Positions 19,471-30,013 are shown, counted from the first letter of the stretch. The stretch is DNA of 64,000 bases from Candidatus Eiseniibacteriota bacterium (GCA_963717505.1 OY970342.1:864001-928000); one strand, 5' to 3'. Notes: generated from the sequence alone by a model not told the origin. Made by a program: numbers and translations.

Positions 19471-21308
19471 AGAAGAAGGTCAACTACGCCTCGGCATGGT
19501 CCGAGGCGCAGGACTTGGTCTGGCGCAATCGGAGCCGCCTGGCGGTCGGCCTCGCGCTCATGCTGGTCAGCCGGCTGTCGGGCCTGGTGCTGCCGGCCAC
19601 CACCAAGATCCTGATCGACGACGTCATCGGCCACCGGCGCATGGATCTGCTCACCCCGATCGCGCTCGCCGCCGCCGGCGCCACCCTGCTCCAAGCGGTG
19701 ACCTCCTTCGTGCTTTCGCAGCTGCTCGGGGTCGCCGCCCAGCGCGCGATCACCGAGATGCGCAAGAGCGTCATGGAACACATCACCCGGTTGCCGGTCC
19801 GCTTCTTCGACTCGACCCAGAGCGGCATCCTGATCTCGCGCATCATGTCGGACGCCGAAGGCATCCGGAACCTGGTGGGCACCGGGCTGGTCCAGCTCAC
19901 CGGCGGAATCGTGACCGGCGTCGCCGCACTCGCGGTGCTCCTGTGGCTCAACTGGAAGTTGACCCTGACCAACCTCGCGATCCTCGGCCTGTTCGCCGTC
20001 TACATGTTCTGGGCGTTCCGCACGCTGCGGCCGCAGTTCCGCGAGCGCGGCAAGATCAACGCCGAAGTGACCGGCCGGCTGGCAGAGACTCTGGGCGGCA
20101 TCCGGATCGTCAAGGGCTACACCGCCGAGCGGCGCGAGCAACTGACATTCGCGCGCGGCGCCCACCGGCTGTTTCGCAACATCGCGCACACCATGACCGG
20201 CGTGTCGCTCTTTGGCTCGCTCTCCGGCGTGGTGGTCGGCGTGGTCGGGCTGATCATGATGATCATGGGCGGACGCGCGATCCTGGCCGGCGAGATGACC
20301 CTCGGCTCGTTCATCATGTACGCCACCTTCACCGGATTGCTGGCACAGCCTCTGATGGAGCTGGCTTCGATCGGCACCCAGATCACCGAGGCGTTCGCGG
20401 GTCTCGATCGCATCCGCGAGATCCGCCAGACCGCAACCGAGCTGGACGATGACGGCGAGCGTCAGCGCCCGGGAACGCTGCGCGGGGATGTCGCGTTCGA
20501 GAACGTGACCTTCGAGTACGTCTCCGGAACTCCAGTGCTCAAGAACGTGACGTTCCGCGCTCCGGCCGGCACCACGACCGCGCTGGTCGGCTCGAGCGGC
20601 TCGGGCAAGAGCACGCTGACCAGCCTGATCCTGGCGTTCAACCGGCCGCAGTCCGGGCGCGTGCTGGTCGACGGGCGCGACTTGACCACGTTGCGCCTGG
20701 GCGAGTACCGCGCCCAACTCGGCGTGGTGCTCCAGGACAACTTCCTGTTCGACGGCACCGTCGCCGAGAACATGGCGTTCTCGCGTCCGGGTGCGAGTCG
20801 CGCCGACATCGAGCGGGCCTCGGCGATCGCCCACTGCGACGAATTCGTCCGCCGGTTCGAGAAGGGTTTCGACCAGATCGTCGGCGAGCGCGGGGTCAAG
20901 CTCTCGGGCGGCCAGCGCCAGCGGGTCGCGATCGCGCGCGCCATCCTGGCCGACCCGCGCATCCTGATCCTCGACGAGGCGACTTCGAGCCTCGACAGCG
21001 AGAGCGAGGCGATGATCCAGGACGGGCTGCGCGCCCTGATGAAAGGGCGGACCACGTTCGTGATCGCTCACCGGCTGTCGACCATCGTCCACTCGAACCA
21101 GATCCTGGTGCTCGAGGCCGGCGAGATCGTCGAGCGCGGGACGCACCCCGAGCTGCTGGCCCGTGCCGGGCGCTACCGGGAACTGTACGAACGCCAGTAC
21201 GGGATCGAGACCAACCGGTTCATCAATCCGGGCGAGGATTTCACCCCGGAACTGGTGGTTCCGACGGCGGTCAGCGAGCGGGACGAGGTGGCGCCCCCGC
21301 GAGGGTAG
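19467..21308 (+). CDS. ABC exporter, fused permease/ATPase
   Basis: TM domain plus GSSGSGKS, LSGGQRQR, ILDEATS, IAHRLST. GTG start overlaps the upstream TGA. Confidence 0.95.
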   Translation: MKKKVNYASAWSEAQDLVWRNRSRLAVGLALMLVSRLSGLVLPATTKILIDDVIGHRRMDLLTPIALAAAGATLLQAVTSFVLSQLLGVAAQRAITEMRKSVMEHITRLPVRFFDSTQSGILISRIMSDAEGIRNLVGTGLVQLTGGIVTGVAALAVLLWLNWKLTLTNLAILGLFAVYMFWAFRTLRPQFRERGKINAEVTGRLAETLGGIRIVKGYTAERREQLTFARGAHRLFRNIAHTMTGVSLFGSLSGVVVGVVGLIMMIMGGRAILAGEMTLGSFIMYATFTGLLAQPLMELASIGTQITEAFAGLDRIREIRQTATELDDDGERQRPGTLRGDVAFENVTFEYVSGTPVLKNVTFRAPAGTTTALVGSSGSGKSTLTSLILAFNRPQSGRVLVDGRDLTTLRLGEYRAQLGVVLQDNFLFDGTVAENMAFSRPGASRADIERASAIAHCDEFVRRFEKGFDQIVGERGVKLSGGQRQRVAIARAILADPRILILDEATSSLDSESEAMIQDGLRALMKGRTTFVIAHRLSTIVHSNQILVLEAGEIVERGTHPELLARAGRYRELYERQYGIETNRFINPGEDFTPELVVPTAVSERDEVAPPRG

Positions 21309-21359
21309 GGCTACGATTCGGGCTCGAGTTCCCGCTACCTCCGAAGAAAGGATGCCGCC

Positions 21360-21887
21360 ATGAGCACGATGACCCTCAGCCCGCCGGCCGCCACCGAGCA
21401 CGATCCCTACTACGGCAAGTACATCAGCCTGGTCCCCGAGAAGGACATCCTGGTGGCACTCGAGACCCAGATCCAGGACGCGATGAAGCTGTTGCGCGGG
21501 ATTCCCGAAGCCAAGGCCGGCCACCGCTACGCGCCCGGCAAGTGGTCGATCCGCGAAGTGGTCGGCCACCTGCTCGACGCCGAGCGCGTGTTCGGCTATC
21601 GGGCGATGCGCTTTGCCCGCAACGACGCCACCGATCTGCCCGGGTTCGACGAGAACACGTACGTACCGGCGGGCGGATTCGAAGCGCGAACGCTGGCGGA
21701 CCTGGCGACCGAGTGGGAGCACCTCCGGCTCGCGAACCTGGGGATGTTCCGCGGGCTGCCGGCCGAAGCCTGGGACCGGCGCGGCAACGCGAACGCCGCT
21801 CCGATCACGGTGCGAGCACTCGCTTACATCATCGTCGGGCACGGCTACCACCACATGAAGCTGGTGCGAGAGCGCTACCTGGCCTGA
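21360..21887 (+). CDS. DinB/YfiT-like four-helix bundle protein
   Basis: YAPGKWSIREVVGHLLDAER, GH..HH. Confidence 0.88.
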   Translation: MSTMTLSPPAATEHDPYYGKYISLVPEKDILVALETQIQDAMKLLRGIPEAKAGHRYAPGKWSIREVVGHLLDAERVFGYRAMRFARNDATDLPGFDENTYVPAGGFEARTLADLATEWEHLRLANLGMFRGLPAEAWDRRGNANAAPITVRALAYIIVGHGYHHMKLVRERYLA

Positions 21888-21939
21888 GCGGTCGAGGCCG
21901 CCCCCCACGGCCGCGCTACCCCGGCTGCCGTCCCGCATC

Positions 21940-24303
21940 ATGCCCGCGTCTCTCGAACGCATCGGCCCCTATCGCCTGATCGCCCCCATGGGCGAGGGCG
22001 GCATGGGCCTGGTCTACCGCGCCACGGACGAGCGCATCGGACGGACCGTCGCGCTCAAGGTCTTGACCGCCGCGCGGGTCGGCGACTTGCGGGCCAGCCG
22101 TCGCTTCCTCGACGAGGCGCGCGCCATCGGCTCGCTCGATCACCCGCACGTCTGCACGCTCTACGAGTACGGCGAAGACGGCGACCGCGCCTACCTGGCG
22201 ATGCAGCTGGTCGAGGGCGAAACCCTGGGCGCCGCCATCGGCCGGGGTCCGCTGGAGGAATCGCGCGTGCGCGAGATTCTGGTGGCGCTCGCATCGGCCC
22301 TCGATGCGGCGCACGCGGTCGGCATCCTGCACCGCGACGTCAAGAGCGACAACGTCCTGCTCGGCCCGCGAGGCGAGATCAAGCTCGCCGACTTCGGGCT
22401 CGCGCGCATCTCCGAGGTGGGCGGAGTCACGTCGACGGGCGCGCTGGTCGGCACGCCGGCCTACTTCGCACCCGAAGTCCTGCGCGGCGAATCCGCGACC
22501 CCGGCGTCGGATCAGTTCTCGCTCGGAGTCGTGGCCTACGAAGCCCTGACCGGCGTCCGTCCGTTCGCCGGCGCCGATCCGTTGTCGCTGATGTACGCGA
22601 TCGTCAACACCTTTCCCGACCCGCCCACGCGTCGACGCCCCGGGATCGATCCCGTCTGGAACGAGATCCTGGCGCGGGCGCTCGCCAAGGACGCCGAGCA
22701 GCGCTTCGAGAACGTGCGCGCGTTCGGCGAGGCGGTGCGCACGCTGTCGGCGCGCACCCAGGCCGCCACACCTGCGTCCGGCCCTGCGATCTCATCGATT
22801 TCAGGGCCGCGCTCGGTCGCGGTGCTGTTCTTCGAGAACCAGGCGCCGGACCCCGACAACGACTACTTCTGCGACGGCATCACCGAAGACATCCTGGCCG
22901 ACCTGGCGAAGCTGCCCGGCCTGGCGGTGGCTTCGCGAAACGCCGTGCTGCGCTACCGGGGGCGCGCAATCGACGCGCGCCAGGTCGCCGCCGAACTCGG
23001 GGTCGAGGCCGTCGTCCAGGGCCGGGTGCGCCGGGTCGGCGACCGCGTGCGGATCACCGCCGAGCTGACCGATCCGCGCAGCGACTTCCAGATGTGGTCC
23101 GAGCGCTACGATCGGCAACTCGACGACGTGTTCGCGGTTCAGGAGGAGATCGCGCAGTCGATTGCCAACGCCCTCGGCTCGCGCCTGTCCTCGGCCGTGG
23201 CGCGCGAGCTGCGCAGCACGCGCCCACGCCAGGTGGAGGCCTACGACCTATACCTCAAGGGGCGCGAACGCTACCGTCGCTACACGCAAGCCGACGTTCG
23301 TGAAGCGCTCGCGTGCTTCGAACAGGCGGTGACCCTGGACCCCGGCTACGCTCTGGCCTGGGCGGGAATCGCTGACTGCTGCGCCCAGATGCTCGATCGC
23401 GGCTGGGATCTGGATCCGAACTGGAGAAGCCGCGGCCTCGAGGCGGCGCGGCGCGCGATCGAGCTGGATCCCCGGCGGCCGGAGGGTCACAAGGCGCGCG
23501 CGGTGCTCTGGCAGATCGCGCGCCAGCCCGGACCGGCGATCGAAGCACTCGAGCGCGCGCTGGCGTGCGACGCGCGCTACATTCCGGCGCTGATCAACCT
23601 GGCCTACGAACATTTGAGCGGCGGAGATTTTGCGGCGGCTGAACAGATGCTCAGGCGTGCCGTACTTTCCGATCCGGCGTACGGTCTGGGACACCTGATG
23701 CTGGCGGCGCTGTTCATCTACACCCGTCGTTACCGCGAGGCGATCGCCGCCTGCCATCGCGCGCAGATCGCGGGCGAGAGTCCGTTCCACGCGAGCCATG
23801 CCTATGCGATGCGCTCTCAGGCCCTGGTGGCGCTCGGTGACAACACCGCGGCGCGCGCCGAAATCGAAGGCGGGCGGGCGGCCGGGCTGTCGCCGCGCAT
23901 GCTCAACGCCGCCGAAGCGTTGCTCGAGGCTCACGGCGGCGATGTCGAGCGCGCCCGCTGGCTGCTGGAGAACCTCGACCGGGAGCCACCGGGTGAGTCC
24001 TACGGCTGCGAAATCGCCGCGGCGGCGGCCGGTTGTCTGGGTGACGCCGCGCTCTCCGCGCGCATGTTGGCGGCCGCCGAGCGCATCGACCAGCGACATT
24101 GGCCGTCGTGGCGGCTGAGCCCCGATCTTGCGCGTGTGCGGGACTCCGGGGAGTTCCGCTCGATCATCGGGGACCGCGGCCGGCGCATGGTATGGCCGAT
24201 CGAGGCGCCACTCTTGTCGGACGACGATCGCCGGCAGTTCGACGACGTTTCGTCGGCGAGCGGACGGGTGGATTCGGCAACGATGCCGGCTTCCGACGGA
24301 TGA
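21940..24303 (+). CDS. Ser/Thr protein kinase with TolB-N-like domain and TPR repeats
   Basis: GEGGMG.VY, HRDVKSDN, DFG, APE, SVAVLFFEN...DYFCDGITEDI, TPRs. Confidence 0.92.
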   Translation: MPASLERIGPYRLIAPMGEGGMGLVYRATDERIGRTVALKVLTAARVGDLRASRRFLDEARAIGSLDHPHVCTLYEYGEDGDRAYLAMQLVEGETLGAAIGRGPLEESRVREILVALASALDAAHAVGILHRDVKSDNVLLGPRGEIKLADFGLARISEVGGVTSTGALVGTPAYFAPEVLRGESATPASDQFSLGVVAYEALTGVRPFAGADPLSLMYAIVNTFPDPPTRRRPGIDPVWNEILARALAKDAEQRFENVRAFGEAVRTLSARTQAATPASGPAISSISGPRSVAVLFFENQAPDPDNDYFCDGITEDILADLAKLPGLAVASRNAVLRYRGRAIDARQVAAELGVEAVVQGRVRRVGDRVRITAELTDPRSDFQMWSERYDRQLDDVFAVQEEIAQSIANALGSRLSSAVARELRSTRPRQVEAYDLYLKGRERYRRYTQADVREALACFEQAVTLDPGYALAWAGIADCCAQMLDRGWDLDPNWRSRGLEAARRAIELDPRRPEGHKARAVLWQIARQPGPAIEALERALACDARYIPALINLAYEHLSGGDFAAAEQMLRRAVLSDPAYGLGHLMLAALFIYTRRYREAIAACHRAQIAGESPFHASHAYAMRSQALVALGDNTAARAEIEGGRAAGLSPRMLNAAEALLEAHGGDVERARWLLENLDREPPGESYGCEIAAAAAGCLGDAALSARMLAAAERIDQRHWPSWRLSPDLARVRDSGEFRSIIGDRGRRMVWPIEAPLLSDDDRRQFDDVSSASGRVDSATMPASDG

Positions 24304-24320
24304 CATGTGCACATTTTCAG

Positions 24321-24350
24321 TTGCACGATGACGCCGGTTGTGGCTAGTGT
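24321..24350 (+). promoter_or_regulatory. Putative sigma70 promoter of the basic-protein gene
   Basis: TTGCAC-18 nt-TAGTGT, preceded by the palindrome ATGTGCACAT (24305-24314). Confidence 0.4.
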
Positions 24351-24418
24351 GGCGTTGAACCGCACGACGCAACAACGCGCGTGCGGCCGTGTCCCTTCAG
24401 CAGGAGGCAGGAGGACGC

Positions 24419-24697
24419 ATGAAGCGAGCACGTAGGAAAGCCGGCCGCAAGGTCAAGAGGGCGAAGCGGAAGGCAGGCCGGAAGGTTCGCCGCGGCAAGA
24501 AGAAGGCTGGACGCAAGGTCCGCCGTGCGAAGCGGAAGGTTGGACGCAAGGTCCGCCGAGTACGCCGCAAGGTCCGCCGCGCGAAGCGGAAGGTTGTGCG
24601 CAAGGTCCGTCGTGTGCGCCGCAAGGTCCGCCGCGCCGTGCGCCGTCGCGTCGCCAAGAAGTTGATGGAAGGCGGCGATATGCCGCCGATGATGTAA
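24419..24697 (+). CDS. Lys/Arg-rich repeat protein (histone H1/protamine-like), 92 aa
   Basis: Tandem GGAGG RBS. About 52 of 92 residues are K/R. RKVRRAKRKAG-type repeats. Downstream hairpin. Confidence 0.8.
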   Translation: MKRARRKAGRKVKRAKRKAGRKVRRGKKKAGRKVRRAKRKVGRKVRRVRRKVRRAKRKVVRKVRRVRRKVRRAVRRRVAKKLMEGGDMPPMM

Positions 24698-24730
24698 CCG
24701 GCGATCCGAACCAACGCTGCCTGAAGCATC

Positions 24731-24766
24731 GCGGGCGGGCCTAACGGACCCGCCCGCAGGCGTTTG
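24731..24766 (+). terminator. Hairpin between convergent genes
   Basis: GCGGGCGGGCC-TAAC-GGACCCGCCCGC. Confidence 0.55.
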
Positions 24767-24820
24767 TCGTCGATGGGCCGCGTGCGGATTGAGGACTCGG
24801 CAGCGGCCCGGCTCGCCCGA

Positions 24821-27800
24821 TTATCGAATCAAGACGAAGCGCCGGGTGACCGCTGCCCGCCCGACTCGGAGCTGGGCAAAGTAGATCCCCGCCGGCGCCG
24901 GGCCGCCGGCGCTCGAACGTCCGTCCCACCGAATCTCGTGCACGCCTGCCGCCCACGTCGCGCCGCGGGCGAGTTGATGCATCCGTCGGCCAGCCACGTC
25001 CACGATGTCCAGCCGCACTTCTGCGGCGGATGGGATTTCGAATGCGAACGTGATGGCTCCGCGCGAAGGGTTGGGCCACGGCGCCGCAAACCGCATCGCA
25101 TTCCGCGGCAGCCTTTCGCCGACCGCCAGCGGGCTCGGCGCCGACGTGCCGAACAGGTGCATCGCGTAAATGTCGGGATCGGTGCCGCGCCCGTCGCTCC
25201 AGGTGACGACCGCTCCACCGGAGCCATCGGTGGTCAGAACCACGCCGGACTGCGATCCGTCGGCGACGCTCACCTCCAAACCGTCGAGCGGATACCGGGA
25301 ATCGAGCAGGCCGTTCCCCTGGACGCCCATGGCATAAATGTCGGCGCCCGCGCCGTTGCGGTCGTCTTCCCAGAACACCACCACCCCGCCCTGGGCGTCG
25401 CTCACCACCTGCGGATTCATCTGATCGGCGACCGCGTGGGTTAGCGCGACTCCGTCCACGGGCCACTGCGCGTCGACCGTCCCCGTGCCCCGCACGCGCA
25501 TGGCGAAGAGGTCGGTGGCGTTGTTGCCGGGGCGCAGGTCCTCCCATGCGACGACCGCTCCGCCAACACCGTCGGAGGCGAGACGCGGCGTGTTCTGATC
25601 CCCTGCCGCCTGCACCACCGCGACTCCCGAGAAACCCCACGCCTGCGGCGTCCGATCCGAACACTTCTGCGCGTAGACGTCGCGGGTGCCTAGGCGCGCG
25701 TCCCGCCAGGCGAAGATCGCGCCGCCGACGCCATCGCTCACGCCCGACACCTGATCCTGGTCGTTGCCCTGCGACATGATCGAGCTGCCGCCCGCCGTCC
25801 AACCGGTGACCAGCGTGCCGGTGCTGTCGACGTGCACGCCATAGATGTCCGCGTTGGCGCCGCGGACGTCGACCCAGGCGACGTATGCGCCACCCGAGCC
25901 GTCCTCGATCACCACCGGCCGGGTCTGGTTGCCGTTGACGTTGCAAAGGGTCAGGCCGCCGGCGCCCCACAATAGCGTGCCGTTGTCGCGCACGCGCTGC
26001 GCCACGATGTCCTGGCCGGTCACACCTCCGGCCTGTTCCCACGCCACGATCGCGCCACCCAGACCGTCGACCGCGATCGCCGGGTTCGAGTTATTGCCGC
26101 CCGGGGCGTGCAACGGGAGTCCACCCGCGGGCCAACCCTGGAAGAGCACCGAGTTTTCCCGGATGTGTTGCGCGCGCACGTCGCTACCGACGCCTACGAC
26201 CTCGGTCCACGCCACGATCGCGCCCCCGAGCCCGTCCGAGACGGCGACCGGCGTGAACTGGTTGTTGGCTGAAGGCGCGAGCTGATTCCCGTTACCCGCC
26301 CAGTCGGGATCGACATCTCCCGACTCGAGAATCTTGATGCCGGTCACCAGCGCATGACCGGGCCCGTGCAACCCAGGACCCCGGCCGGGCGACGAACCGG
26401 GCTCAGGATTGCCGTAGTCTTCCCACACGATGATCGCACCACCCTGCGAATTGCTGACCACCGCCGGTCGCTGTTGAACACCGAGCGGCGTGGCCGCTGG
26501 CACGCCGTTCAGCTGCCACTGGCCGGGCGGCGGCGAGGCCACGAACCCGTCGTACCGGATGCGCTGCACGCGCAAATTGGTTTCGCCGTCGACCAGCCAG
26601 CCGACGATCGCACCACCGTTGCCGTCGGAGGCCAGCCAAGGCGCGACCACATCCGGCTGAAGCGGTGTGGTGACCGACGTGCCTCCCGCCGTCCAGCCGT
26701 CGGCCGTGTTGCCGCTCGCGTCGATGCGCACCGTGTAGAAGCCTTCCTGATCGACCCAGCTCACGAGGGCGCCGCCGGATCCGTCTGGCACCACACGCGG
26801 CGCGGCGGGGTCTGCGACCGTGCTCATGAGTTGAACCCCGGTTGAGCCCCAGCGCCTGGTGCCCCCCGGACCGATGCGCTGGACGAACAGGTCGCCGCCA
26901 TCCCTCCAGGCGATCAGCAAACCGCCGGTGCCATCCGCCACCAAGTCCCACTCGCCCGTCGTGCCGGCAGCGAGCTCGACGCCATCGGACGCCCATAGAG
27001 GAGTTCCAAGCGAGTCCACGCGCTGGCCATACAGCCTTCCGATGGGTCCGCCGGCACGCCGGTCGTTCCAGACCACGATCGCTCCGCCGCGTTCGTCGGT
27101 GACCATCCCGGGGCTTCTCTGTTCGCTGTTCTCCGTGCACAACGCGACCCCGCCCGACGTCCACAACGCGTTGCCGGTCGCATTCATGCGCCGAATGTAA
27201 ATGTCGCCCTCGGCGCCTCCCGGCCGGTTGTCTCTCCAGGCCACGATCAAGCCGCCGCGCCCGTCGCTGGTTGCAGCCGGATCGAGCTGCTCGCCGGTCG
27301 CGGTCGAAACGCCGATGCCACGCGAGCTCCAGCCGCTCGCCACCGACCCTGACGCCAGAATCCGCGAGGCGTAGATGTTCGAGTTGCCGTCGATCGTGTC
27401 GCTCCAGGCCACGAACGCGCCGCCGTCGCCGGCCGCTACGACCGGGAAGTCGCCGGCGCGGACGGCGGCCGGGCCGATCGCGACGCCATTGTTCGTCCAC
27501 TGCGGCTGCCCGGTTCCGCTCAGGCGCTGGGCAAAGATCGACTGCGTGGTCCCGCGCGCGTCGGACCAGGCCGAGATGAAGCCGCCGGTGCCGTCGGCCA
27601 CCACGCTCGGCTTGGGAACGATGTAGCTATTCGGCACCTGCACGATGTTGAGGGACTGCCGGTCGATCGCGTTGGCCACGACCGTGCCCCCGGGATACCA
27701 GCCGGGAGCGAAGCGCCCGTCAGGGCCCACGCGCGTGCCGTGCAGGTCGACATTGTTGTCCGCCGTCTGCCAGACGATGACCGCTCCGCCCGCGCCGTCG

Positions 27801-30013
27801 GCGACCATCTCCTGATGGCTTGCTTTGCTGGCGACCGAGATTCCTGCTGGGTCCCAGGCTTCGCCGAGTAGGAAGGCGCTGGACGAAACCAGCGAGATCC
27901 CCACGAATCCCTGGGTCGGGAGGCCGCCGACACTCGAGAAGTTACCGCCGACATAGAGCGTCGAGCCGTGGGCGGCCATCGAGGTGATCGTTCCGTTCGC
28001 GTTCGGGTTCCAGCTGGACAGGGATCCGCTCACATCGGACGCCGCGAGGTAGGACCGACCCTGACTGCTGACGATCGTGAAGTTTCCGCCGAAGTAGGCG
28101 GTCGAGCCGCTGACCACGACGGACTTGACGGTGCTCTGAGCAAAAGGATTCCAACTGGTGGCAGCATTGCTCGAGACGAAGATCGAAGCGATGCGCGGCC
28201 GCATCTGCCCGCCGACGAAAAGGAAATCGCCGACCACGTAGACCTTGTCGCCATGGACTTCGACGTCCTCCACCCAATTGTCGAGGTTCGGATTCCAGCT
28301 GGTCGCCGTGCCCGTGCCGCCGACGTCGAGCGCGGCGAGGTAGTTTCGCGACTGGCCGCCGATGGTGGTGAACACACCTCCGGCGTAAACCGTGTTGCCG
28401 TCGATCGCGATCGAGCGCACCACACCGTTGGCGTTCGGGTTCCACGAAGTCGCGGCACCTGTGCTGGCATCGATCGCTCCGATGAAGTTGCGTCCCACCC
28501 CGGCAAGCGCGGTGAAGAAGCCGGCGGCATAGATGGTGTTGCCATCGACCGCCAGGTCGAGAACCCCGCTGCCCGCGGTGGGATTCCAGGAAGTCGGCAC
28601 CCCGGTGGTGGCCGAGAGCGCCGCGATGCTGAATCGGGTCTGCCCTTTGATGGTGTTGAAGCTCCCGCCGACATACACCGTGTTCCCGTCCACTGCTAGT
28701 GCAGTCACCGACCCGTTGCAGTTCGGGTCCCAGCTCGTGACCATACCGGTGTTGAGGTCGATCGCCGCGAGCCGTTGGCGCTCCGAGCCCCCTGCGCTCG
28801 TGAACTCTCCGCCGACCATCAGCGTTGTCGTGCCGGCCAAGCGCAGGGCATGCACGGGCAACGTCGGACTCGGATCCCAGCCCAGGGCCGTCCCGCTGCT
28901 CTGGTCGATCGCGGCCAGGTACCGGCGCGACTGTCCGCCGATGAACGTGAACTGACCGCCGGCATACACCTTGCCGCCGCTGACCTGGAGTGCTCGGACA
29001 TTGAAGTCGGCGGAAGGATTCCAGATCGTGGGAGCGCCGGTTGCCTCCGAGATCGCCGCGATCCGCAACCGCGTAATCGTGCCACCGAAGGTGGAGAAGG
29101 TTCCACCCACGTAGACGTTCCCGCCATTGACCGCCAGAGCGAGGACCTCGCCGTTCGAATTCGGATCCCATGCCAACGCGACGTTGGAGGAGGCATCCAG
29201 GGCGGCGAGTCGATTGCGTGGCGAACTACCAATGTTGGCGAAGTTGCCCCCGGCGTACAGGGTTGTTCCGTTCAAGGCCAGGGCATAGACGTGGCCGTCG
29301 GAGCCCGGATTCCAAGCGGTCGCGACACCAGTGGTCGCGCTGAGTGCCGCGATCCGGCTACGCGGCGCGAGTCCGATATTGAAGAACGCGCCGCCCGCGT
29401 ACACCGTGCTTCCAGAAAGCAGGAGCGCAAAGACCGGCCCGTCGGCGTTGGGAATCCAGTTGATGGCCGCGCCGGTAGCGATGCTCACCGCGCCCACGTA
29501 AGTTCGACCCGCTCCGCCGACAGTCGTGAATCCGCCTCCGAGGTACACCGCGGAGCCGCCGACTGCGATGGTGTAAACCGGGCCGCCGAAGGCTTCGGGC
29601 GCCCAGTCGGTCACCGTGTAGTCCGAAGCGATGTGCGCGATGTTGGAGCGTGGAACGCCGCCCACGTGCGTGAAGTTCCCGCCGAGGTACCAGCCGCCGG
29701 TTTCGTCGGGGGCTATGGCGTAGACGGTGCCGACCACCTGGGGCAGGCCGAGCGCTTGTCCGGTTGTGGTGTGTATCGGCGCCGCCGCACCCGTCGGCGG
29801 TCCGACACGGGTGAACAGGCCACCGATGTAGGCCGTGTTGCCCGAAAACGCGATGGCCTCGACGCTCCCGTCGGTGACCCAGAGGTCACTGCGAATCGGC
29901 TGTGCGTGCGCGCCCGCGGCAAGGGTTAGGAGCAGGGCGGCAGCGAATGAGGCACGCCTCGCGCAGAGGCGGAGAGAAGGAATCGTCAGGTGCAACCAGC
30001 GGCTTCGGCGCAT
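24821..30013 (-). CDS. Giant secreted multi-beta-propeller protein (about 1730 aa) with FlgD-Ig/T9SS-like C-terminus
   Basis: Signal peptide ending AHA-Q. 14 repeats of W.P...G.V.ALA..G...Y.GG.F and 16 repeats of DG.GGA.V.W. C-terminal PNP...DVAGR...WDGR...GIYF. Start codon uncertain. Confidence 0.85.
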   Translation of the reverse strand: MRRSRWLHLTIPSLRLCARRASFAAALLLTLAAGAHAQPIRSDLWVTDGSVEAIAFSGNTAYIGGLFTRVGPPTGAAAPIHTTTGQALGLPQVVGTVYAIAPDETGGWYLGGNFTHVGGVPRSNIAHIASDYTVTDWAPEAFGGPVYTIAVGGSAVYLGGGFTTVGGAGRTYVGAVSIATGAAINWIPNADGPVFALLLSGSTVYAGGAFFNIGLAPRSRIAALSATTGVATAWNPGSDGHVYALALNGTTLYAGGNFANIGSSPRNRLAALDASSNVALAWDPNSNGEVLALAVNGGNVYVGGTFSTFGGTITRLRIAAISEATGAPTIWNPSADFNVRALQVSGGKVYAGGQFTFIGGQSRRYLAAIDQSSGTALGWDPSPTLPVHALRLAGTTTLMVGGEFTSAGGSERQRLAAIDLNTGMVTSWDPNCNGSVTALAVDGNTVYVGGSFNTIKGQTRFSIAALSATTGVPTSWNPTAGSGVLDLAVDGNTIYAAGFFTALAGVGRNFIGAIDASTGAATSWNPNANGVVRSIAIDGNTVYAGGVFTTIGGQSRNYLAALDVGGTGTATSWNPNLDNWVEDVEVHGDKVYVVGDFLFVGGQMRPRIASIFVSSNAATSWNPFAQSTVKSVVVSGSTAYFGGNFTIVSSQGRSYLAASDVSGSLSSWNPNANGTITSMAAHGSTLYVGGNFSSVGGLPTQGFVGISLVSSSAFLLGEAWDPAGISVASKASHQEMVADGAGGAVIVWQTADNNVDLHGTRVGPDGRFAPGWYPGGTVVANAIDRQSLNIVQVPNSYIVPKPSVVADGTGGFISAWSDARGTTQSIFAQRLSGTGQPQWTNNGVAIGPAAVRAGDFPVVAAGDGGAFVAWSDTIDGNSNIYASRILASGSVASGWSSRGIGVSTATGEQLDPAATSDGRGGLIVAWRDNRPGGAEGDIYIRRMNATGNALWTSGGVALCTENSEQRSPGMVTDERGGAIVVWNDRRAGGPIGRLYGQRVDSLGTPLWASDGVELAAGTTGEWDLVADGTGGLLIAWRDGGDLFVQRIGPGGTRRWGSTGVQLMSTVADPAAPRVVPDGSGGALVSWVDQEGFYTVRIDASGNTADGWTAGGTSVTTPLQPDVVAPWLASDGNGGAIVGWLVDGETNLRVQRIRYDGFVASPPPGQWQLNGVPAATPLGVQQRPAVVSNSQGGAIIVWEDYGNPEPGSSPGRGPGLHGPGHALVTGIKILESGDVDPDWAGNGNQLAPSANNQFTPVAVSDGLGGAIVAWTEVVGVGSDVRAQHIRENSVLFQGWPAGGLPLHAPGGNNSNPAIAVDGLGGAIVAWEQAGGVTGQDIVAQRVRDNGTLLWGAGGLTLCNVNGNQTRPVVIEDGSGGAYVAWVDVRGANADIYGVHVDSTGTLVTGWTAGGSSIMSQGNDQDQVSGVSDGVGGAIFAWRDARLGTRDVYAQKCSDRTPQAWGFSGVAVVQAAGDQNTPRLASDGVGGAVVAWEDLRPGNNATDLFAMRVRGTGTVDAQWPVDGVALTHAVADQMNPQVVSDAQGGVVVFWEDDRNGAGADIYAMGVQGNGLLDSRYPLDGLEVSVADGSQSGVVLTTDGSGGAVVTWSDGRGTDPDIYAMHLFGTSAPSPLAVGERLPRNAMRFAAPWPNPSRGAITFAFEIPSAAEVRLDIVDVAGRRMHQLARGATWAAGVHEIRWDGRSSAGGPAPAGIYFAQLRVGRAAVTRRFVLIR

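Noticed and set aside
21360-21887. DinB-family protein as part of the SOS polymerase system
   Set aside because: It belongs to the unrelated DinB/YfiT helical family and shares only the name.
24430-24660. Repeated CGCAAGGTCCGC units as a CRISPR array
   Set aside because: The periods are 21 or 33 nt, in frame, with no unique spacers and no cas genes. They are coding repeats.
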